Part shown: positions 16,287-23,070 of the stretch, piece after piece
How positions within the stretch are numbered: the stretch's first letter is position 1
How the letters are laid out: every line of letters starts with the position of its first letter
DNA from: a virus
Lineage: Duplodnaviria; Heunggongvirae; Uroviricota; Caudoviricetes
DNA: 39,391 nucleotides
Direction: 5' to 3' (one strand)
IMG/VR virus record: IMGVR_UViG_2778261394_000008
Location: 1-39,391 of that record
The notes under the pieces: generated by a model
Seen by the model: only the letters and a program-made list of their open reading frames with translations
Databases searched by the model: none
What the model was told of the DNA's origin: nothing
Program-made: the position numbers and the translations under genes

Positions 16287-17333
16287 ATGGCTAATACTGT
16301 AAAAATATCCAGTTGTGAGTTAATCAACGCTGATTGCCTGGAATTTATCCGGACCTTACCGGAAAACTCTGTCGATCTGATAGTCACAGACCCGCCATAC
16401 TTTAAAGTGAAGCCCGAGGGCTGGGATAACCAGTGGAAGGGGGACGATGATTACCTGAAATGGCTGGCTCAGTGTCTGGCGCAGTTCTGGCGGGTACTGA
16501 AACCTGCCGGAAGTCTCTACCTGTTCTGTGGTCATCGCCTGGCATCTGATATCGAAATCATGATGCGTGAACGCTTTAATGTGCTGAACCACATTATCTG
16601 GGCGAAGCCGTCCGGACGCTGGAATGGGTGCAACAAGGAAAGCCTGCGGGCGTATTTCCCGGCAACAGAGCGCATTTTGTTTGCCGAACATTATCAGGGG
16701 CCATACCAGCCCAAAAGTGACGGTTATGCAGCAAAGGGGCGCGAGCTTAAGCAGCATGTCATGGCCCCGCTGATTTCTTACTTTCGTGATGCGCGCGAAT
16801 CACTGGGGATAACGTCAAAACAGATAGCAGAAGCCACCGGAAAGAAAAACATGGCTTCGCACTGGTTTGGTACCAGTCAGTGGCAGTTACCGAATGAGGC
16901 CGATTACAGTAAACTGCAGGCGCTGTTTGCACGTGTGGTGGCAGAAAAACACCAGCGCGGTGAACTGGAGCAGCCACACCACCAGCTGGTCAGCACATAC
17001 AGCGAACTGAACCGGCAATATGCCAGCCTGCTGGAGGAATACAAATCACTGCGGCGTTATTTTTCCGTATCGGCTGTCGTTCCTTATACGGATGTCTGGA
17101 CGCACAAGCCCGTGCAGTTTTATCCGGGTAAGCATCCCTGTGAAAAACCGGCGGATATGTTGCGTCAGATAATTACTGCCAGCAGCCGTCCAGGCGATTT
17201 GGTCGCAGATTTTTTTATGGGGTCGGGGTCGACAATAAAAGCGGCACTGTCGCTGGGATGCAGGGCGATTGGCGTGGAACTGGAAGAGGAACGTTTTAAT
17301 CAGACGGTCAGAGAAATAACGAAAGATTTTTAA
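16287..17333 (+). CDS. DNA methyltransferase, beta-class amino-MTase (N6-adenine or N4-cytosine), orphan
   Basis: 348 aa; motif IV DPPY near the N-terminus (IVTDPPYF) and motif I FxGxG near the C-terminus (FFMGSGST); no adjacent restriction endonuclease gene. Confidence 0.85.
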   Translation: MANTVKISSCELINADCLEFIRTLPENSVDLIVTDPPYFKVKPEGWDNQWKGDDDYLKWLAQCLAQFWRVLKPAGSLYLFCGHRLASDIEIMMRERFNVLNHIIWAKPSGRWNGCNKESLRAYFPATERILFAEHYQGPYQPKSDGYAAKGRELKQHVMAPLISYFRDARESLGITSKQIAEATGKKNMASHWFGTSQWQLPNEADYSKLQALFARVVAEKHQRGELEQPHHQLVSTYSELNRQYASLLEEYKSLRRYFSVSAVVPYTDVWTHKPVQFYPGKHPCEKPADMLRQIITASSRPGDLVADFFMGSGSTIKAALSLGCRAIGVELEEERFNQTVREITKDF

Positions 17334-17441
17334 TTCAGTGATGATATAAGTTGTATATTTCTGATACAGATGTATACACATATTTAAAACTGAACACCAA
17401 ATATATTTTTGATGCCCACACAATCATTGTTAGTATTTGTG

Positions 17442-17468
17442 ACGACCTAAAGGTGGTCGTTTTGTGTT
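17442..17468 (+). terminator. Hairpin with interrupted U-tract downstream of the methyltransferase
   Basis: Stem acgacc/ggtcgt, 6-nt loop, followed by tttgtgtt. Confidence 0.4.
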
Positions 17469-17890
17469 CACAGGGTGTTAATACCACCGGAAAGGTCAGT
17501 GCTGACTTCCTGGTGATCAGTTTGTTGATTCAGTAATAACCGGTCAGCAGTGTGATTCCGGAAGTCAGCATTTTATGTGTGAGGGTAATTTCTGCTACCC
17601 GCACTGGTAAACAAATGAGGCATATCGTTTCAGCACTGGCGAGTTTCGCGGAGAACAGGTTTTGCAAGCGCCTTTGTCGTTCTTCATTCTGTAATATCTG
17701 ACTGATTACAGTTTCGGTGCTGTTTTTTACATTGTTAACGTTGTGTATCATCGGATGGTTTTTATCAGAATGAGTCGCTGCCTGTTTCGGGGTCTGTGAT
17801 TCGTCAGAATTACGTTGCAGGCTGACGAATCATTCTGGTAGTAACCATACAATTAAACGCTGTCTAATTCTTATACGATGAATGCTTTGG

Positions 17891-17917
17891 GCCCGTCTCA
17901 TGACGGGCATTTTTTTA
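17891..17917 (+). terminator. Rho-independent terminator
   Basis: gcccgtc-tcat-gacgggc followed by attttttta. Confidence 0.7.
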
Positions 17918-18013
17918 TCCGTGCGCAATGCCTGTTCTGTTATGGCATTTTTCATCTTTTCCCGGTTGGCTATTATTATGGTTTATTTTTCTGTATACAG
18001 GAGAATTGAGACT

Positions 18014-18505
18014 GTGATCACATATGCAGACATTCGGGAAAAGCAGGCTGAAATTCAGGAGGCCAGACAGGAGTACATCCAGCGACTGCGGGATATGGCA
18101 AAAAGGCTGGTCAAGACCTATGAAGACTCACTGGCATTGCCGAAACCACGATGGCTGGATATTGACGGTAACTCCCATCCCTATGTTTATCTTTCTCATG
18201 ATAGTTGTTGTGAGAAACCGGAGGATTTGCAGGTAGATTTTCAGGATGGGGTTACTTTTAATTTATATACGGTTGTTGATGATGATCCCCGCCAGTCTGT
18301 AAGTGTGAATATTACAGTGAGTATTCTGTTACTTGATGGCGACAACATGACGATTTCGGTTGATGGTTATCAGGCCAGGACATTTTCGCATGTGGATACC
18401 AACGCAAAAATTAATGAAGTGTGCGAATACATTAAAGACAGCATACTTATGTCAATGAATGAAGTGACGTTTGGCAAAAAATCCCTTTCAGAAGTGAAAG
18501 GGTAA
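18014..18505 (+). CDS. Hypothetical protein (163 aa), moron-like unit
   Basis: GTG at 18014 preceded by AGGAGA SD (9-nt spacing); the longer track ORF from 17882 would include the terminator hairpin; bracketed by intrinsic terminators. Confidence 0.45.
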   Translation: MITYADIREKQAEIQEARQEYIQRLRDMAKRLVKTYEDSLALPKPRWLDIDGNSHPYVYLSHDSCCEKPEDLQVDFQDGVTFNLYTVVDDDPRQSVSVNITVSILLLDGDNMTISVDGYQARTFSHVDTNAKINEVCEYIKDSILMSMNEVTFGKKSLSEVKG

Positions 18506-18540
18506 ACCAGCTGACACTCCGCTGATTCAGAAAATTATCA

Positions 18541-18565
18541 GGCTGCGCACGTGCGTGGCCTTTTT
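18541..18565 (+). terminator. Rho-independent terminator
   Basis: Stem ggctgcgc/gtgcgtggcc with 4-nt loop, followed by ttttt. Confidence 0.5.
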
Positions 18566-18702
18566 CATATCTGCGCCACGCCCGGCGCACATCAAAAAAC
18601 CACAGAGCCTTTCAGGGGGGAGCTTACGGGATGGTCAGTGTGACTTTCTCTGTGGGCTGCTCATCCCGGGGCGAGGCTCACCCACTAAAAGGAAAAGTCA
18701 CG

Positions 18703-19128
18703 ATGTTTGGTATTTTCAAAAAGAAAACCCGTAAGGCTATTACTGAAGTGAAGAAAATGGAGAACCGCGACGCGGTGGAGGCGACCGTCTGGGGCGCGTA
18801 TTCCATTGCATACGCTGACGACACCTGTGACGCGAAAGAAATTGCGGTACTGGAGAAAACCATTGCAGCACTTCCTGCCTTTGCGCCGTTCTCCGGTGAG
18901 ATTGCCCAGATGAGCGCGAATATCCGCGCCCGTTATGAAGCATCGCCTCGTAGTGCGAATGCTCAGGCTTTGCGAGAACTGGCTGATGTGGCAGGAACCG
19001 CCGAAGCGGTTGATGTGCTGTGCCTGTGTCTGGATATTGCAGACCAGGATGGCATTGGTCCGGATGAAGAAGCACAGCTCAAGAAAATTGCGCAGGCGCT
19101 GCAGTTGCCGCTGGAGCAGTACCTGTGA
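18703..19128 (+). CDS. TerB-like (tellurite-resistance TerB family) protein
   Basis: 141 aa from ATG at 18703 (AGGAAA SD); overall pattern resembles TerB, with two acidic D..D/E segments (AYADDTCDAKE and DIADQDGIGPDEEAQ); assignment from recollection. Confidence 0.55.
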   Translation: MFGIFKKKTRKAITEVKKMENRDAVEATVWGAYSIAYADDTCDAKEIAVLEKTIAALPAFAPFSGEIAQMSANIRARYEASPRSANAQALRELADVAGTAEAVDVLCLCLDIADQDGIGPDEEAQLKKIAQALQLPLEQYL

Positions 19129-19277
19129 AAAGTGCGCGCCTTGTGCTGGCTGCCATCCTGCTGTTTCTGGTAGTGGCAGTGGATTTTACCGGACGGCTGA
19201 TGTCGGTGCTGGCTGATGGCGTGCTGGTGGCGATGGTGATGGTCGTTCTCTGGCCTTTACTGCACAAATATGAATAA
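19125..19277 (+). CDS. Small hydrophobic membrane peptide (50 aa)
   Basis: GTG start overlapping the TerB-like stop (GTGA); almost entirely hydrophobic (LVLAAILLFLVVAVDF...VLVAMVMVVLWPLL). Confidence 0.4.
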   Translation: MKSARLVLAAILLFLVVAVDFTGRLMSVLADGVLVAMVMVVLWPLLHKYE

Positions 19278-19325
19278 CACCAAACAAAAGGCATCTGCGG
19301 GTACCTTTGACAGGGTGTTTTTTAC

Positions 19326-19349
19326 GGGCCGCTGGTGGCCCTTTTTATT
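19326..19349 (+). terminator. Short GC hairpin plus U-tract immediately upstream of the holin gene
   Basis: gggcc-gctggt-ggccc followed by tttttatt. Confidence 0.4.
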
Positions 19350-19364
19350 GACAGGAGAAAAAGT

Positions 19365-19754
19365 ATGTCTGAACCCTTATCCGGTTCCGGCACGGCTGCG
19401 GCGCTCGGTGGGGCGACGGTATTCGGGCTGTTTACCGGAACGGATTTCGGGATTGTGTTTGGTGCATTCGCAGGGGCGCTGTTTGTGGCCACGATACCAC
19501 AGAAGATTTCTGTCTGGCGTGTGGCAGCGCATTTTCTGGTGTCGTTCATTGTTGGCGTGCTGGGGGCGGATGTGATGGCGTCTTACCTGGTTGAAAAACT
19601 GAATCTCCACAGCACATCTCTCGACGCGCTTTGCGCGGTACTGGTATCGGTGGTGTCGGTGAAGATTCTCTCATTCATCCACCAGCAGGATATCGCATCG
19701 CTGGTATCCGGGCTGTTCTCCCGTCTGCGGGGTGGAGGCGGTAATGTTAAGTAA
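19365..19754 (+). CDS. Holin-like membrane protein (lysis cassette gene 1)
   Basis: 129 aa from ATG at 19365 (AGGAGA SD); multiple predicted TM segments; directly upstream of the endolysin. Confidence 0.6.
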   Translation: MSEPLSGSGTAAALGGATVFGLFTGTDFGIVFGAFAGALFVATIPQKISVWRVAAHFLVSFIVGVLGADVMASYLVEKLNLHSTSLDALCAVLVSVVSVKILSFIHQQDIASLVSGLFSRLRGGGGNVK

Positions 19755-20022
19755 CCTTCCCGGATTACTGAATGTGGTGTTAAGCACGGTTATCGTGCTG
19801 ACGCTCTTTTTTTATCGTCGTGGTGAGTCGAGACATAAACCGCTGATGTCGTGGCTGGCCTGGCTGCTGATGCTGCTTTATGCCTTTGCGCCGCTTTGTT
19901 ATCTGTGTGGTCGCTTTCCACCCGGTAACTGGCTGGTCGTCCTGATTAACCTGGTGTTCTGCGTGCTGGTGATACGAGCACGCGGGAACGTATCAAAAAT
20001 CCTTGTATTACGAAGGCGCTGA
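19744..20022 (+). CDS. Second holin/antiholin-like membrane protein
   Basis: 92 aa from ATG at 19744 (GGAGG SD); hydrophobic with a basic C-terminus. Confidence 0.5.
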   Translation: MLSNLPGLLNVVLSTVIVLTLFFYRRGESRHKPLMSWLAWLLMLLYAFAPLCYLCGRFPPGNWLVVLINLVFCVLVIRARGNVSKILVLRRR

Positions 20023-20023
20023 T

Positions 20024-20569
20024 ATGAAGTCGAAAGATGAAATTTTTGACGAAATTCTGGGAAAAGAGGGCGGTTACGTCAATCACCCGGATGATAAAGG
20101 TGGTCCGACTAAATGGGGCATCACTGAAAAAGTTGCCCGTGCACACGGTTATCAGGGCGATATGCGTGACCTGACGCGTGGGCAGGCGCTGGAAATACTC
20201 GAGGCGGACTACTGGTACGGACCACGATTCGACCAGGTTGAGGACCTGTCTCCTGATATTGCCGCAGAGTTGTGCGATACGGGCGTGAACATGGGGCCAA
20301 CTGTGGCGTCCAGAATGCTTCAGCGCTGGCTGAACGTTTTCAACCTGCGCGGGAAACTCTATCCGGATATGGATGCAGATGGACGCATCGGGCCGCGTAC
20401 TCTTAATGCATTACGGGCATATCTGAAAAATCGCAGCAGGGATGGTGAACTGGTACTGGTGAAAGCCCTGAACTGTACGCAGGGCGAGCGTTATCTGGAG
20501 CTGGCAGAGAAACGCGAGGCCAATGAGTCGTTTGTCTATGGCTGGATGAAAGAGCGCGTGGTGGTTTAA
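20024..20569 (+). CDS. Endolysin, glycoside hydrolase family 108 with C-terminal peptidoglycan-binding domain
   Basis: 181 aa; N-terminal GH108 signature (EGGYVNHPDDKGGPTKWGIT). Confidence 0.85.
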   Translation: MKSKDEIFDEILGKEGGYVNHPDDKGGPTKWGITEKVARAHGYQGDMRDLTRGQALEILEADYWYGPRFDQVEDLSPDIAAELCDTGVNMGPTVASRMLQRWLNVFNLRGKLYPDMDADGRIGPRTLNALRAYLKNRSRDGELVLVKALNCTQGERYLELAEKREANESFVYGWMKERVVV

Positions 20570-20665
20570 AAACTGACACTGAAGTGCTGAACACCCTCAA
20601 CTCATGCAGGCTCTTTTCTGGGGCTACGATGAGCGAAAGTAAGGGGCATAGCATCAGATAGCAAA

Positions 20666-20700
20666 AACCCCGGCTGCGGTAACAGTCCGGGGTTTTCTGT
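20666..20700 (+). terminator. Rho-independent terminator downstream of the endolysin
   Basis: Stem aaccccgg/ccggggtt (8 bp), 13-nt loop, T-rich tail. Confidence 0.6.
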
Positions 20701-20729
20701 TTCTGGCCCTGGGTAAGGCAAAGGAGAAC

Positions 20730-20912
20730 ATGAGGAAGTATAAACTAATTCTGTTGAGGTTGACTATGAAAAACGGCCTTGAATTGAAAGCGCCTGTAAC
20801 TGATGACATCAGCAGAGCGGTGGCTTTTGCCATTAAGTGGGGGGCGGTCGGTATCGCTGTGTCTCCGATGCTGTATGGGATGGCAAAATTGATCATTGCT
20901 GTGAAATCGTAA
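20730..20912 (+). CDS. Hypothetical small protein (60 aa) with hydrophobic C-terminal half
   Basis: AAGGAG SD 5 nt upstream of ATG. Confidence 0.4.
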   Translation: MRKYKLILLRLTMKNGLELKAPVTDDISRAVAFAIKWGAVGIAVSPMLYGMAKLIIAVKS

Positions 20913-20929
20913 GTGGGGCAGGGGTAAAT

Positions 20930-21064
20930 ATGTCAGATAGCATTATAAAACTGGCGCGAATTCTCTGTGTGGTTGTTGGCCTTTCATTTTCAGCAATGTT
21001 GGTTGCCATTTTCATTTCCACCGCCTGGCGAGTATTGAGCTTATCCGGATTGATTGGTGGATAG
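20930..21064 (+). CDS. Small single-TM membrane peptide (44 aa)
   Basis: Internal ATG of track ORF 20837-21064; hydrophobic core ILCVVVGLSFSAMLVAIFISTAW. Confidence 0.35.
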   Translation: MSDSIIKLARILCVVVGLSFSAMLVAIFISTAWRVLSLSGLIGG

Positions 21065-21068
21065 TGAG

Positions 21069-21251
21069 ATGAAGCGAAAACACTGGACACACAGAATGCC
21101 GCGAACGGCGGCGAAATGGGCACTGGTAGCGATACTGGTGCCTTTTTTCCTGGTGGGATGCGTCAGCCTGGATAAGGCGCGCCAGCTTTTCGATACAGCT
21201 TCTCAGGTCTGTGAAATTGTCGACGGTGTTCGGCAGTGTATGCAGAACTGA
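21069..21251 (+). CDS. Small lipoprotein (60-aa precursor; lipobox FLVGC; three Cys in the mature part)
   Basis: Signal peptide with lipobox; ATG at 21069. Confidence 0.45.
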   Translation: MKRKHWTHRMPRTAAKWALVAILVPFFLVGCVSLDKARQLFDTASQVCEIVDGVRQCMQN

Positions 21252-21338
21252 TCGCCTGTAAGAGCAGAATATTGTTGAATCTAAATTTACTTTGAACAGT
21301 GGCCCGGATGGAAAGGGCATCTAAATAGGAGCAGAAAA

Positions 21339-21548
21339 ATGTTAACTGTAAAAGTCATGTCTCAAAATGGTGGGGAAGAGATCCATTGCGGGCGTAGCAT
21401 TGGCTATCATCCTGAGCAGCGGAGTATTGCCGTATCGGGAAAGGATGGGAAAGTCATTCTGAAAGATGGAGATATTGCTTATGTAATGAACCAAAACGCT
21501 CAAATAATATCTGTTTATCGGCCCAATAATAGTCAGAAAAACATTTGA
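21339..21548 (+). CDS. Hypothetical small protein (69 aa)
   Basis: AGGAG SD upstream of ATG. Confidence 0.5.
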   Translation: MLTVKVMSQNGGEEIHCGRSIGYHPEQRSIAVSGKDGKVILKDGDIAYVMNQNAQIISVYRPNNSQKNI

Positions 21549-21671
21549 ATTTCGCAAGGCCAAAGTTCAGTGGTGATCGTTATCAACTAATTGAAATAAC
21601 AAGCTTATGTTTGTGTAATTGGTGATATAGCATGTTAATGCTGAATATCAGCGTCAACATGGAGTTATACA

Positions 21672-21887
21672 ATGGTTTTTAAACACTATTACGTGAACAA
21701 AAATGCTCAGAGCAATGGCGATCATGAGGTGCATGCTGAGGAATGTTCATATCTTCCTGCTGTAGCTAACCGCGATTACCTTGGTTACTATAGTGATTGT
21801 TCTTCGGCGGTAACAGAGGCAAAGGCCAAAGGATATTCCCGGGTGAATGGTTGCTATTGGTGTGCCAATAAGTGCCACACGTCTTAA
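21672..21887 (+). CDS. Hypothetical Cys/His-rich small protein (71 aa)
   Basis: GGAG SD; motif GCYWCANKCH near the C-terminus; followed by a strong terminator. Confidence 0.5.
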   Translation: MVFKHYYVNKNAQSNGDHEVHAEECSYLPAVANRDYLGYYSDCSSAVTEAKAKGYSRVNGCYWCANKCHTS

Positions 21888-21909
21888 TCAATTGTCAATA
21901 AACCATAAA

Positions 21910-21929
21910 GGCCGCTCTGCGGCCTTTTT
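21910..21929 (+). terminator. Rho-independent terminator
   Basis: ggccgc-tct-gcggcc followed by ttttt, 23 nt after the stop of the 71-aa gene. Confidence 0.7.
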
Positions 21930-21949
21930 CATGTTAAAAAAGATTGCGG

Positions 21950-21988
21950 CATTACAGCAGCCCTTCACTCTAAGGGGCTGCTGTAATG
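21950..21988. other. Long perfect hairpin (13-14 bp stem attacagcagccc/gggctgctgtaat, 11-nt loop)
   Basis: Read directly from the sequence; on the minus strand it is followed by a T6 run after a 7-nt spacer. Confidence 0.5.
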
Positions 21989-21994
21989 TGAGAA

Positions 21995-22025
21995 ATAAAA
22001 AACCGGTCCAGCTACACAGAACCGG
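21995..22025 (-). terminator. Minus-strand terminator-like hairpin plus U-tract
   Basis: On the minus strand: ccggt-(13-nt loop)-accgg followed by ttttttattt. Confidence 0.4.
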
Positions 22026-22117
22026 CCGGCGAAGACCGCCAATACCACCCATGCATTGATGCAACATACTAATGACAATAGCCGCTATTGATGTAAATGC
22101 AATGTTATGCATCGACG

Positions 22118-22161
22118 AAAATAAAAAACCGGCAGGGGAAATCCATTGAAGATTTGCCGGT
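22118..22161 (-). terminator. Minus-strand rho-independent terminator
   Basis: On the minus strand: stem accggca/tgccggt with internal loop, followed by ttttttatttt. Confidence 0.5.
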
Positions 22162-22324
22162 GGCAAAAGAGGGCCATGCTTTTAACCTTAGTCGCAGAGT
22201 TACGGAGTGCAACAACGACCGTCGCCGTTATCTTGCTGAAAGGCGTTTCAATGATTTTCATCAATTTATTCATCAGCAATGGTGATAATCACTCTCATTT
22301 GTGCGGGTCCTTCCGGTGGGGTGG

Positions 22325-22500
22325 CCTGCCACGGGGCGGCAGCGGCGCGGATTTTCGCTATTTATGAAAATTTTTCGGGAAAAAGCGTGTCGGTACTTCT
22401 CGTGTATAACTCATTGTTTTTTCATCAATCACATCCGTAAAAGGTCCGACATGAAAGTGCCCGAAAAAGACGTTTTTGAGCACTTCCATGTCGGACCCTG
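22325..22500. promoter_or_regulatory. cos site (cosN plus cosB-like region) upstream of the small terminase gene
   Basis: acggggcggcagcggcgcggattttcgctatttatgaaaattttt closely matches the lambda cosN/cosB-proximal sequence as I recall it (acggggcggcgacctcgcgggttttcgctatttatgaaaatttt); an 18-bp inverted repeat lies at 22443-22460 / 22480-22497. Confidence 0.7.
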
Positions 22501-22521
22501 CATTTGATATGGAAATGTTTT

Positions 22522-23070
22522 ATGAAGGTTAATAAAAAGAAGCTCGCGGAAATTTTCAACGTGGATCCACGAACGATTGAACGCTGGCAGTCTCAGGGGC
22601 TCTCTTGTGTCTCTGGTGGTAGTAAGGGGGTTGAATCTGTATTTGATACCGCCATGGCAATTCAGTGGTATGCGCAGCGCGAAGCCGATATTGAAAACGA
22701 AAAACTCCGCAAAGAGACCGAGGATTTGCGTGCGGCTGCGGAATCAGATTTACAACCCGGCACCATTGACTATGAGCGCTACCGACTCACAAAAGCACAG
22801 GCTGATGCACAGGAACTGAAAAATGCCCGCGAAGAAGGGCTGGTACTGGAAACGGAATTGTTTACCTTCATTCTGCAACGTGTGGCACAGGAGATTTCGG
22901 GGATACTTGTACGTGTGCCGCTGACATTACAGCGTAAATATCCGGATATTTCACCGTCACACCTTGATGTGGTGAAAACTGAAATCGCAAAAGCCTCCAA
23001 CGTTGCAGCTAAAGCTGGTGAGAACGTAGGCGGGTGGATTGATGATTTCAGACGCACAGAAGGCAGCTAA
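22522..23070 (+). CDS. Nu1: Terminase small subunit (lambda Nu1-like)
   Basis: 182 aa starting [12 protein letters not shown]; recalled strong similarity to lambda gpNu1 including the N-terminal winged HTH. Confidence 0.9.
   Translation: MKVNKKKLAEIFNVDPRTIERWQSQGLSCVSGGSKGVESVFDTAMAIQWYAQREADIENEKLRKETEDLRAAAESDLQPGTIDYERYRLTKAQADAQELKNAREEGLVLETELFTFILQRVAQEISGILVRVPLTLQRKYPDISPSHLDVVKTEIAKASNVAAKAGENVGGWIDDFRRTEGS

Noticed and set aside
16356-16977. Minus-strand ORFs of 133 and 72 aa
   Set aside because: Antisense within the methyltransferase gene, which has clear DPPY and FxGxG motifs.
17530-17751. 73-aa minus-strand ORF, and 61-aa plus-strand ORF at 17351-17536
   Set aside because: No SD; internal T-runs and hairpins; lie in the structured non-coding region downstream of the methylase.
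21888-22367. Four overlapping ORFs on both strands (92, 64, 62 and 73 aa) in the cos-proximal region
   Set aside because: None has a credible SD; they contain terminator hairpins and span the cos sequence; the region is better explained as structured non-coding DNA.
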